From: a bacterium
GTDB taxonomy: Bacteria; SZUA-182; DTGQ01; JAFGSM01
Reading direction: 5' to 3'
DNA: 25,543 nt
Assembly (NCBI GenBank): GCA_049472355.1
Contig: JBLIRP010000059.1
Location: forward strand, 1 to 25,543
The notes beneath the pieces are model-generated. The model ran no database searches. It saw only the letters and a program-made list of their open reading frames with translations, and was not told the DNA's origin. A program made the position numbers and the translations under genes. Positions 7,986 through 17,058 of the stretch are shown in pieces; within the stretch, counting starts at the first letter, position 1; every line of letters starts with the position of its first letter.

Positions 7986-9722
7986 TCACGCACCTATAAG
8001 GTCTTCTTTAGTTTCCGCATCGAGGAAGATCCTCTGCCACACCTCGAGGGTGATCAATCCCCACAACTGGAGGGAGAGGTCCGCCTTCCCCTCGGTATGC
8101 GCCTTCACCATTTTCCCGACCTCCTCGGGCCTGAAGATGCCTCTTTTGGCAATGACATCGGGGGCGAGGTAGTCATCAAGGAGCCCCTTCAGGGGTCCCC
8201 TCAGCCAGACGCCCATGGGGAGGGTGAATCCCCGCCTCCCCTTTTTGAACACCCAGGCAGGCACCACATTACGGCATGCCTCCCTGAGCACGCGCTTACC
8301 CTGCCCTCCCCTGACCTTCATGCGCAAGGGGATCCTCGCTGCGCACGCGAGCATCTCATCACCACACAGGGGGAGATCCAGCCAGAGGTCAAAGTGGGCA
8401 CACAGGGAGGAGGCCAGGGGGAGAAGGTCGTCGGAAAGCCATGCATACACATCCGTGAGAAACTGCTCCTCATGGAAGGAATCCCGGCGAAGCTCCCAGT
8501 AGTATCCGTCATCCCTGGCCCGATAAGCGGGGAGGAGAAGCCTCTCCCGCTGCTCGGGATCGAAGAATGTATAGAGATCCGCATACCGGTCCACCCTCAC
8601 CGGACGCCCCGACAGGCACCCCTCGCTGTTCCCGAAGGGGGAGAGACACCTCCTCATCAGGGAAAGTGCCCTGTGGCCGCACAGCCATGATCGCGCCAGG
8701 ACATGCTTGGCGTGGCCGCCGAACAGCTCGTCGCTGCCCAATCCTGAAAGCATCCTTCCCACCTCTTTTTTGGCCTGCCGTGCGACCGCAAAGGTGGCAA
8801 GGCCCGAAGGGTTCCCCGCAGGGAATCCCAGGCACCGGGTGACCTCCCAAAGGAGATCAGGGATGTCCGTGGGCCTGAGCAACACCTCCCTGTATCGCAC
8901 CTTGTAATGGTGCGCCACCCTCCTCGCATCCCGCCGCTCGTCAGCAACCCCCTCGAATCCCACGGTGTAGGCAATGAGGTCCTTTCCCCGCGCCTTGCCC
9001 ATGCCGGCAATGAGGGAAGAGTCAAGCCCCCCGCTCAGGAGGATGCCCGCTCGTCCATCCCAGGATGCCAGCCTGCGTCCTGCATCATCGAGAAGGCGCC
9101 GTATCTCCTCAACCGCCCTTTTCCCGGACCCTGGGGGCGGGGTGAATGTGGGTGACCAGTAACGTTGTATGGTCGCCTTTTCTCCGGAAAGGGTCATACA
9201 GGATGCGGGAGGGAGGATAGAGACCCCCTCAACCAGGGTGCTTGGGCAGGGCTGGTGCAGGAAACGGAGATATCCGTTCAGTCCCCTCCTGTCCAGCCTG
9301 TGCTCCCTTTCATCATTTCGCATGAATAAAAGCAGGTCCGCAAGGCTGGTTGACCATGCCAGGATCTCCCCATCGTACATATAGTACACGCGATTGCTGC
9401 CCAATCGGTCCGTGATGATTGTGACCGTGGGGGGAATGACTTCCCTCGGAGATTCCCCGTACACCACCGCCAGCCATCTCCCCCTGAGGGAGGACAGCGC
9501 ATCGGTGTCCCCCGCGATGAATCCCTTCAACGGACCCACGGCCTGTTGAGCGGAATCCCCCCTGACGAAGATGCAGTACTGCCGGCCGTCCTGCCCTTCG
9601 ACATATTCCTGGTGCCGCGCAAAGGGGTCCCTGTCCATCCAGAGATGGGGAGAGAACACCAAGTATCCCTCCGCCCGGATGCTCAGGGGGATGAGGGGCC
9701 GATGGCTGAATATCCCTTTCAT
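7986..9722 (-). CDS. Asparagine-synthase-like amide ligase without the N-terminal catalytic Cys
   Basis: PP-loop LSGGLDSS, SGLGSDELFGG, TDRLG..VYY, AsnB-type C-terminus RGFTLPMGVWLRG..LWGLITLEVW. ATG 9722 overlaps the GT2 stop (ATGA) and gives MKGIF, not MCGI. Confidence 0.85.
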   Translation of the reverse strand: MKGIFSHRPLIPLSIRAEGYLVFSPHLWMDRDPFARHQEYVEGQDGRQYCIFVRGDSAQQAVGPLKGFIAGDTDALSSLRGRWLAVVYGESPREVIPPTVTIITDRLGSNRVYYMYDGEILAWSTSLADLLLFMRNDEREHRLDRRGLNGYLRFLHQPCPSTLVEGVSILPPASCMTLSGEKATIQRYWSPTFTPPPGSGKRAVEEIRRLLDDAGRRLASWDGRAGILLSGGLDSSLIAGMGKARGKDLIAYTVGFEGVADERRDARRVAHHYKVRYREVLLRPTDIPDLLWEVTRCLGFPAGNPSGLATFAVARQAKKEVGRMLSGLGSDELFGGHAKHVLARSWLCGHRALSLMRRCLSPFGNSEGCLSGRPVRVDRYADLYTFFDPEQRERLLLPAYRARDDGYYWELRRDSFHEEQFLTDVYAWLSDDLLPLASSLCAHFDLWLDLPLCGDEMLACAARIPLRMKVRGGQGKRVLREACRNVVPAWVFKKGRRGFTLPMGVWLRGPLKGLLDDYLAPDVIAKRGIFRPEEVGKMVKAHTEGKADLSLQLWGLITLEVWQRIFLDAETKEDLIGA

Positions 9723-10591
9723 TGTTCGTGTACCTGCCTCTGCATGCGATCCTCTCTCAGTGTCAGGAGGCCGAAACCGAACCCAGCCAGATAGGAGAGC
9801 TGGGTGATGAAAAAGACGATCTTTCCCTGAATCAGTGCTATGACAAGATTGACAATGTTTCTGACCATCCGGTAGGGCATGCCCCTGCGCACCCGGTCCG
9901 GATTGGCATGCGTCCTGGTCAGTTCGAGGACCCACTGTGGATAAAATTTCTGGCAGAAGGCGGTGCCCTTTCCGTTTCGAAAGAACTGCCGTACCATGGA
10001 AACCAGGCCGGGCGGGGGCAGGTGATGGATCCAGGTGCCGGGGATCACGACCACCCGGGATCCCGCCTTCCGCACCATGAACCGCAGGTAGGGATCAAGC
10101 CCCCGGGGGATCAGCTCATTCTCCCCGCCGATGCGGTAAAAGAGAGACTTCGGCATGGCCATGCAGGGGTGCTCCGCCATATCGCTGTCGGTTACCCTGG
10201 ACACGAGGGGTGACCGGCGGCGGGGGATCTGCTCCATGGCGAGCCTGGTAAGGGTCGAGGCGTCATGCGGCACCACGTTGGATACGCCCACGATCCCGAC
10301 ATCCGGATGGGCATTGAGTGCCGCGACCATATTTTCGATGACCCTTTCGTGCCCCAGGCGGGTGTCGTCATCCATGGTGACCAGGATGTCTCCCCGCGCG
10401 ATGAGCGCCCCCTGGTTGATGGCCCTCCCCTGCCTGCGGTCCCCCCGCACCAGGATGATCTCGAGGTCCTTGATACTCTGGGCCTTTATCTGCTCGATGA
10501 GGGCGGGGAGATACCCGTTGCGGTCCCCGTCCAGCGTGGGGATGATGACCGAGACCCGGGGCCGGGCTCCCAGGGTGATGACCTCAGGCAT
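9719..10591 (-). CDS. Glycosyltransferase family 2
   Basis: RVSVIIPT, GRAINQG..ARGDILVTMDDD (DxD), hydrophobic C-terminal tail. Start uncertain (10591 or 10651). Confidence 0.88.
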   Translation of the reverse strand: MPEVITLGARPRVSVIIPTLDGDRNGYLPALIEQIKAQSIKDLEIILVRGDRRQGRAINQGALIARGDILVTMDDDTRLGHERVIENMVAALNAHPDVGIVGVSNVVPHDASTLTRLAMEQIPRRRSPLVSRVTDSDMAEHPCMAMPKSLFYRIGGENELIPRGLDPYLRFMVRKAGSRVVVIPGTWIHHLPPPGLVSMVRQFFRNGKGTAFCQKFYPQWVLELTRTHANPDRVRRGMPYRMVRNIVNLVIALIQGKIVFFITQLSYLAGFGFGLLTLREDRMQRQVHEQ

Positions 10592-10883
10592 TCCCTGGAA
10601 ATCCCCGTTGGCATGGAGAACGAAATCCCCTCTTCCACCCTTGTTCACCATTCAATGCCCTTTCGTTTGCCATGAATGCTTGAACTGACTTGTTGTTTCC
10701 TAATGCCTTCATTCTTCCACTGATCCTTGGATCATGGGTGTTTGCACCATTTACCGTCATGCGCCTTTCTTGAGCGCCTTCGCGGCACGTCGGCATGTTT
10801 TCGTGCCCTTTATCGAGCCCCCTTTCATATCTTTATACTCCCCGGTGAATCGTGGGTGCATGAATGTCGCATTCCCTTTCACC

Positions 10884-10944
10884 TGAAAATCCCCTTTGGG
10901 CATTTTCATGCCTCTTTGTGAGCCGAAGTCTCATCTGCGTTTCA
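10884..10944. repeat. Third copy of the ~60-bp palindromic repeat
   Basis: TGAAAATCCCCTTTGGGCATTTTCATGCCTCTTTGTGAGCCGAAGTCTCATCTGCGTTTCA, near-identical to 3816-3877. Confidence 0.9.
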
Positions 10945-10950
10945 CTTCTA

Positions 10951-10985
10951 CATTCTACATTCGACATTCTGCATTCGACATTCGC
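10951..10985. repeat. Heptamer tandem repeat, 5 units CATTC(T/G)N
   Basis: CATTCTA CATTCGA CATTCTG CATTCGA CATTCGC. Confidence 0.85.
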
Positions 10986-11024
10986 AGTTTCATCCGGCTC
11001 ATGGGCGTTTCATCGCCCATTGCC

Positions 11025-12932
11025 TTATGTCCCATGCAGCCGCCCGACGTGTCCCCTGCGCATGCCCGCCGCGCCGGCAGCGGCAAGGGATTCCGAGGGG
11101 CTCCATCCTGAAGGGCCGCCCCTGCAGGCAATCAAGGACCGGTAGTAATCGTTGCCCGCAAAAAGTGATCCATGCGTGCCCACGATCGCACGGCCGTGTG
11201 CGTCCAGCAGGAGAACGCGGTCGGCCTCCTGCAGGGTGGCCGGGCGATGGGTCACCGCGATAATGGTTCTCTGCCGGTAGAGCACAGGAAGGGCTGAGAG
11301 GATCGAATCCTCGGTCAGTGCATCCACCGCTGAGGTCGGCTCGTCGAGCACCAGGATGTCGGGTTCCCTGACCAGCGCCCTGGCAATGGAAAGCCGCTGC
11401 CGCTGCCCCTCCGAGAGGTTCACCCCGTTTTCCCCGATCCGCGTGTCATACCCCAGGGGAAGACCTTCGATAAAATCGTGGACCCGGGCTGCCCGGGCCG
11501 CCCGGATGACCTGCTCCTCGCGTGCATCCGGGTTACCATAGCGCAGGTTTTCCATGATCGTTCCGGAGAGTAGACAGGGGCGCTGGGACACGAACCCGAT
11601 CCGCTCCCGCAGGGACCCCACCGCATAGGAGGCTGCCGGCTTCCCGTCAAAATAGACCTCCCCCCTTGTGGGCCGGTAAAGACACAGTATCAGGCTCAGC
11701 AGGGTGGTCTTCCCCACGCCGCTCAGTCCGGTGATTGCCCAGTGCTCCCCCGGATGGATGCGCACGGAGATGTCACGGAGCACCGGTTCCCTCCCGTCAT
11801 AGGAAAAAACGACATCCTTGAGCTCGATCTCCCCCTTGAGTTTCGTGACCTGTTCCCCTGCCCTGCCGTTAGCCTCGGGGAGTATATCGAAGAGGGCGGC
11901 CACCCGGTCCAGCGCAGCCAGCGCCTTCTGCATCTGCAGGTTGGCGGTGGCAAGGAACTGCGCGGGCCCGAACACGTACCCCAGGTATGCCTGAAAGGCA
12001 AGCAGGGAGCCGAGGCTCCACTCCCCCCTGATCACCCAGACGGCCCCCACCACAAGGACGGCGCCGCGGGCGATGCCCGGCATGGCCTCTATGGCAAGGG
12101 TGGCGACGGAGCTCACTGCCGATTGCTCGAGCAGGATGCCGAAGGCATCCCTCAGCCGTTCGGTCAAACGCCGTGCTGTGGACCCCTCCGAGGAGAATGC
12201 CTTGATCAGCGACACCGAGGCGAGGGATTCCTGGAAATCCCTGGAAAAGGCCGCCTGCCGTTCCATGCCGTGGTGACCCAGGACACGTATCTTCCCGGAA
12301 AAATAGCGCATGCCCAGGAGGATAGCGGGAATGATGAGGAGCACCCCCAGGGCGAGCCGCCACTCCAGGTAGAAGAGCAGTGCGATCCCCCCTGCACAGC
12401 GCATTGCATTGCCTGCGATGTGGACGATGGTGCTCGAAAAGAACCAGCGCATATCCTGCACGTCTGAGGAAAGGCGGGACATGAGGTATCCTGTCTGGTT
12501 CTCGTCGAAAAAGGCCTTCGGAAACCGCAGGGTCCGATCGAACAGCTCCTGCTGGATGTCGAGCATGACCTGCTGCTCAAAGCGGGTAAAGTGGAAATCC
12601 TGCAGCATTGCCGCGCATTTCCCTGCCGCGGCAATCACCGCAAGGAGGATGACAGCGCCGGCCAGGAGGCCGATCCTGTGCGCCAGGATGACCTCGTCCA
12701 CGATATAGCGCAGGATGAGGGGCTGCGGGAAAGCGAGCAGTGCGGCGAGGAGGATGAGCCCCGCACCGGCGAGCCCCATGCGCCAGTGCCGCAGGACGAA
12801 GGGACGGAGATTTCCGAGGCGCCACCCCCCTTCCCTGCCCCCATCATGCAGGGCAAGGTGATCTGTGGGCATGGTGCGCACGAGCCCATTCTTGAGACAG
12901 GCGAACCAGTTTCCCTCCATGATCACCCCCAT
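11025..12932 (-). CDS. ABC exporter, fused permease/ATP-binding (MsbA-like fold)
   Basis: TM domain with GYLMSRLSSD; Walker A GLSGVGKT, Q-loop VSQ, signature LSEGQRQR, Walker B ILVLDE, H-loop VTHR. No C39 peptidase domain. Start may be downstream of 12932. Confidence 0.93.
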   Translation of the reverse strand: MGVIMEGNWFACLKNGLVRTMPTDHLALHDGGREGGWRLGNLRPFVLRHWRMGLAGAGLILLAALLAFPQPLILRYIVDEVILAHRIGLLAGAVILLAVIAAAGKCAAMLQDFHFTRFEQQVMLDIQQELFDRTLRFPKAFFDENQTGYLMSRLSSDVQDMRWFFSSTIVHIAGNAMRCAGGIALLFYLEWRLALGVLLIIPAILLGMRYFSGKIRVLGHHGMERQAAFSRDFQESLASVSLIKAFSSEGSTARRLTERLRDAFGILLEQSAVSSVATLAIEAMPGIARGAVLVVGAVWVIRGEWSLGSLLAFQAYLGYVFGPAQFLATANLQMQKALAALDRVAALFDILPEANGRAGEQVTKLKGEIELKDVVFSYDGREPVLRDISVRIHPGEHWAITGLSGVGKTTLLSLILCLYRPTRGEVYFDGKPAASYAVGSLRERIGFVSQRPCLLSGTIMENLRYGNPDAREEQVIRAARAARVHDFIEGLPLGYDTRIGENGVNLSEGQRQRLSIARALVREPDILVLDEPTSAVDALTEDSILSALPVLYRQRTIIAVTHRPATLQEADRVLLLDAHGRAIVGTHGSLFAGNDYYRSLIACRGGPSGWSPSESLAAAGAAGMRRGHVGRLHGT

Positions 12933-14062
12933 GCCTTCCTGCTCAGGGACGACCTGAGCATCTCAATGATCTGCACAAGCCTCTTTCCGTAGAGCTGCCA
13001 CATTGGGCCCCCGGGGGCATCCGCGAATACCTGCCGAAGGATCTCCGGCCGCGGGAAGAGGTTTTCCATGATGAAGGGGAAACGTCTCCCTATCCCCTTG
13101 CCGGAGCTCATGACAAAGAGGGGCACCCAGGGGGGAAGGGATTTCCTGCGGATGATCCGCATCATTACCATTCGTTCGAATGAGCGTGGGCCCTCCTGCT
13201 CGAGGAGGACACGGGCCTCCTCCGGAATTCTGCAAGCGCACAGGTGAACGAGGAGAAAAAGGATATATGAAAGGGGTCGTGCAAGACCCAGCTCATGCGC
13301 ACGAGCCACCATCTCCTCCCAGTCATGCGGACCCCACCCGGCGACCAAACCGTGGATGTCCACCAGCCAGATCATTCGCTCCACATTGTGCTTCAGGGCA
13401 TGCAATCCCAGGTAGAGCACCTGGTCCTGCGGCCCCAGGCAACGCGCCTCCTCTCCATCGACTTCCACCAGGCGGGTGCGCAGGTAGATCTGCTCCTGGC
13501 TTGTACCGATGAGCATTGCGGATGCCCTGATGCGATCGGCCCACGGGAGCCTGGTCTGAATCTCGAGACGGGTTGCCGACCTTCTGAAGCTGAAGGGATA
13601 CAAAGGGTCACGCCGGTATCCCAGGACGAGCAGTGCATTGACGAGGTCCGGATAGTCCTCCTCGATCACCCACAGGTCGATGTCGGTCAACGGCCTCAGG
13701 CCCACATCATGGTAGACCTGCTGGAGGAGCGCGATCCCCTGAAGGAGCACCACCTGGGTCCCCCGCCTGCCGAGCCGAAGGAGGGCCTCCTTCAAATCAT
13801 GGATACGATTGAGATTGGAGGCGGCAGTGGCGTAGTAAAGGGACCTGAGCCGCTCCCTGTGGGATGGCTTGATCATGCCCAGGGCCCCTGCCCTCTCCAT
13901 GTTCTTGTAAAGGAGCCCCGCCATCCCCTCCCGCACTGCCGTGCGGATGAGGCGATCCATATGCGGCCCCCGGGCCACCAGGCCGCGCAGCCCCTCCAGC
14001 CGGCCGGAGTCGGGCTGCACTGCGGCTGCGCAGGTTAGTATGTCATATTCACGCGGAACCAT
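12923..14062 (-). CDS. Nucleotidyltransferase family protein (NTP_transf_5-like)
   Basis: VVLLQGIAL..VY...GLRPLTDIDLWV, LYLGLHALKH, WLVDI pattern; overlaps the ABC gene start. Confidence 0.85.
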   Translation of the reverse strand: MVPREYDILTCAAAVQPDSGRLEGLRGLVARGPHMDRLIRTAVREGMAGLLYKNMERAGALGMIKPSHRERLRSLYYATAASNLNRIHDLKEALLRLGRRGTQVVLLQGIALLQQVYHDVGLRPLTDIDLWVIEEDYPDLVNALLVLGYRRDPLYPFSFRRSATRLEIQTRLPWADRIRASAMLIGTSQEQIYLRTRLVEVDGEEARCLGPQDQVLYLGLHALKHNVERMIWLVDIHGLVAGWGPHDWEEMVARAHELGLARPLSYILFLLVHLCACRIPEEARVLLEQEGPRSFERMVMMRIIRRKSLPPWVPLFVMSSGKGIGRRFPFIMENLFPRPEILRQVFADAPGGPMWQLYGKRLVQIIEMLRSSLSRKAWG

Positions 14063-14264
14063 ACCCTGATCCTTTACCCCAAATTCCCCCTACAACACTT
14101 ATCGTCATTACCTGAGTATTTGTTTTTATGGGCATAACGGAATCACGGTCATGGAAAGGGGGATGGGCGTCGAACGTCCATGCGGTCCTCCGCAGGCACC
14201 GAAGGCCTTTCTAACGGCGTGACTGAGATCGGGTTCGGTGTTTTGTTGACACTTTGTACAAAAG

Positions 14265-14366
14265 TTGAAACTCGTCAACTCACTTCCCGAGGGCAAAGGC
14301 GAGTCCAAACATGTGGCCGAGAATTATAAGAATCATCTTTACAAGAAAAAAACCGGACAAATAAGT
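14265..14366 (+). pseudogene. C-terminal remnant of a VapB-type antitoxin
   Basis: ESKHVAENYKNHLYKK resembles antitoxin tails of the ..ENHDxYLY type; lies directly before VapC; in-frame stop at 14247-14249, so no N-terminal domain. Confidence 0.45.
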
Positions 14367-14789
14367 ATGACTTCTTTAAAGGGAATTCACTCGATATATG
14401 CTGATGCCGGTTTTTTTATCGCACTTTTTTCAAAAAAGGACAGCAAGCACGAGAGGGCTTTGGAATTATTCGATGAAATCAGAAATGCCAAGATCACTAT
14501 ATACACATCATGGTTTGTGGTTTCTGAAGCACTGACAATTCTTCTTTATCATTATGGTTACTCTGAAGCGCGGATATTTAGTGAATCGCTGGACCTTTAT
14601 AGAATAATTTATCCTGACAATGCCAACTATTATGAGGCACTCTCCGTATTTAACCGCCATTCAATCAAAAAAAAAATATCACTTGTCGATGCATTGTCCC
14701 AGGTCATCATCTGCCAAAGACTGAATCAAATTCCTGCCATTTCTTTTGACAAGGATTTCAGAGCATCAGGATTAACCACAATTTCCTGA
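14367..14789 (+). CDS. vapC: PIN-domain ribonuclease toxin (VapC family)
   Basis: IYADAGFFIAL, VVSEA, SLVDALS, SFDKDF supply the four acidic PIN residues; 140 aa; AT-rich. Confidence 0.9.
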   Translation: MTSLKGIHSIYADAGFFIALFSKKDSKHERALELFDEIRNAKITIYTSWFVVSEALTILLYHYGYSEARIFSESLDLYRIIYPDNANYYEALSVFNRHSIKKKISLVDALSQVIICQRLNQIPAISFDKDFRASGLTTIS

Positions 14790-14827
14790 ACACGCTCGTT
14801 CCGAGCTCATTCCTGCCGGGCGGACAT

Positions 14828-14858
14828 AAAAAAAGGCCCGCACACAGGTGCGGGCCTT
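14828..14858 (-). terminator. Rho-independent terminator of the Gly/Tyr/Met-rich gene
   Basis: Stem AAGGCCCGCAC-acag-GTGCGGGCCTT with an A-run at 14828-14834 (U-tract on the minus strand), ~50 bp after the stop at 14911. Confidence 0.9.
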
Positions 14859-14910
14859 GTGATTTCATCGGGTTGACGGTTTTGGCGTTCACCCGAACCA
14901 ATTAATGGTC

Positions 14911-15618
14911 TTACATCAATCCGAGGCCCATGGCGCTCATCATACCGAGGGTGCTCAGGCTCAGGTCCATGCCTCCCATGCCAAGACCACCGAGGCCCAT
15001 CATACCGAGGCCGCCCATACCAAGGCCGCCGAGGCCCATGCCGAGACCGCCGAGGCCCATCATACCGAGGCCGCCCATACCGAGACCGCCGAGGCCCATG
15101 CCGAGACCGCCGAGGCCCATCATACCGAGGCCGCCCATACCAAGGCCGCCGAGGCCCATGCCGAGGCCGCCGAGGCCGGAGCCGTACATGCCGCCGTACA
15201 TGCTTCCGTAGCCGGAACCGTACATGCCGCCGCCGTACATGCTTCCGTAGCCGGAACCGTACATGCCGCCGCCGTACATGCTCCCGTAGCCGGAGCCGTA
15301 CATGCCGCCGTACATGCTTCCGTAGCCGGAACCGTACATGCCGCCGCCGTACATGCTTCCATAGCCGGAGCCGTACATGCCGCCGTAGCCGGAGCCGTAC
15401 ATGCTTCCGTAGCCCGAGCCATACATGCCGCCGTAGCCGGAGCCGTACATGCTTCCGTAGCCGCTATACCCGTAGGGGCTTCCATAGCCGGAATAGCCGG
15501 AATAGCCATATGATGAACTCGAATAATATGCATTACACAGCGTGCTATGTGCCATAACGAGGGCTAAAACGATGATTGACAGGAATAGAATTTTTTTAAC
15601 CAAGCTATTGTGAACCAT
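14911..15618 (-). CDS. Secreted Gly/Tyr/Met/Leu-rich two-block repeat protein of unknown function
   Basis: GAGG RBS; Sec signal peptide [36 protein letters not shown](S/G)M and YGGGM repeats, then GLGGLGM repeats; own terminator; DNA repeat variation is mainly synonymous in this frame. Confidence 0.88.
   Translation of the reverse strand: MVHNSLVKKILFLSIIVLALVMAHSTLCNAYYSSSSYGYSGYSGYGSPYGYSGYGSMYGSGYGGMYGSGYGSMYGSGYGGMYGSGYGSMYGGGMYGSGYGSMYGGMYGSGYGSMYGGGMYGSGYGSMYGGGMYGSGYGSMYGGMYGSGLGGLGMGLGGLGMGGLGMMGLGGLGMGLGGLGMGGLGMMGLGGLGMGLGGLGMGGLGMMGLGGLGMGGMDLSLSTLGMMSAMGLGLM
15001..15180. repeat. Three 60-bp tandem coding repeats (20-aa Gly/Leu/Met unit)
   Basis: Segments starting at 15001, 15061 and 15121 are near-identical (cataccgaggccgcccatacc...). 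Confidence 0.9.
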
Positions 15619-16058
15619 ACTCTGTAACCTCTCTACAATAAGATTTTTTTAGAGTCTTCCGTTAGGTAATGACCTTATTGTTAATCAAAAAGGGATCTTA
15701 AGTAAGATTGAATTTAAAGAACTAAATTCAAAAAATTAAGTAATTAAAGACCTATACCTATCACCACCCATCCTGGTTCCATCCATTCCTTCATGCGGAT
15801 GAAATTGTGATATTGTTATCCAAATCCCTTTCCGAAAGTCAAATTCCCCCGGTTAACACGTTAACCCCGATAATGCCCTGCGTTCCTTATCACTTCTCGG
15901 TGACGTTGATATGTAATTGTACCCCTCATAAAAGGGATGCGGATAAACAATCAGCGCCAGCACGGGAGGAATGGTGATGCGACGAGGAACAAGGATCTTG
16001 GATTTCTATGAACACTCACCTGATGTGGAGCGCCCATTTGGCACTAAGAGCTTTTACA

Positions 16059-16073
16059 GCATTTATTGTGCCA
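16059..16073 (-). promoter_or_regulatory. Sigma-54 (-24/-12) promoter facing the Gly/Tyr/Met-rich gene
   Basis: Minus strand reads TGGCACAATAAATGC: TGGCAC core, GG-N10-GC. Confidence 0.7.
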
Positions 16074-16529
16074 TTTTAAACATCCAGTATTTATAAGGGG
16101 ATAGCGAAAGCACTCATACCTGGGTGTCTCACTATGGGATAAACACCGGGCATAATAGTCCCGGAATGGGACCGATGTCATTAACGCCCTGTCAGACAAA
16201 AAAGACACCCGGAAAACAGGACCTGCGATTCCTCCTTCCGGAAGTGCATTCGCCTGAACAGCCCGTGCAACACGCGGGCAGAGGCCATCAGCCCATGATG
16301 GCCTTTCCCTTATCCAAGGGGAAGGCACACGCTGCCGCTGCGCCGATGTATGCAAGGCGAGGTGATGAAACCACAAATATTGCTGAAGGGGCATGACCTT
16401 CTGATTGGCTATGCTATAAAAATCAAGTGAATAATAAATATCTCATTTTGGGACGGCACTGACTCCCCCAGCCTTCACTATCTGCCCCTTTTCTCCCTAT
16501 TGGTATGGGGATTGATGAAAAGGGATGAT

Positions 16530-16544
16530 TGGCACAATAAATGC
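16530..16544 (+). promoter_or_regulatory. Sigma-54 (-24/-12) promoter facing the 17059 and 17714 genes
   Basis: TGGCACAATAAATGC, GG-N10-GC; identical to the minus-strand site at 16059-16073. Confidence 0.7.
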
Positions 16545-17058
16545 CTCTATAAAGAGTAAGTCAGTCATGGTTACAGATAGGGCACGGAATAAACATCCAG
16601 AAAAAACTCCCAATCAGAGACCATCAGGCGGTCACGTTGAGTCACCCTGGTCAGTAAACGAACTCCCCCTGAGTGCCGGAATGTTCCGTTGATCAATACC
16701 CTCCATGTATCGTCAAACCGACGTGGCCTGTAATCCGAGACTGATCGACATAATTCACCACTGCGATGACGGGGCTCACCCGGGGCACACCACTATCCCT
16801 TTATGCAACGAGCAGCTCCGGCAAGGAGGCGGGCACTTCGTGACCCGGATTTTCACGATGAGCTCCACATTCCGTGACAGGACCGTTCGTACGAATTAGA
16901 CGGCAGATATCGTCTTAGTGTCGCTAATCAATTCGGCTGGCCGGAACGGATTAGCCTCCGCGGCCCCCGGAGGCGTTTCGTCGCCGCAGACATGCATAGG
17001 TGAGGGAGGCACAAGGGTCTCACCATAACATAACGAAACAAGAGTGAGGATACAGAGT

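Noticed and set aside
5459..14062. Firm call as a lasso peptide cluster
   Set aside because: No precursor, RRE/PqqD or B2 peptidase seen; the synthase C-terminus looks like polysaccharide-locus AsnB.
14905..15533. His/Ala-rich, Pro/Arg-rich (PRPPRP) and ACTAPAT-repeat ORFs
   Set aside because: Alternative-frame shadows of the repeat gene; only the 14911-15618 frame has RBS, signal peptide and terminator.
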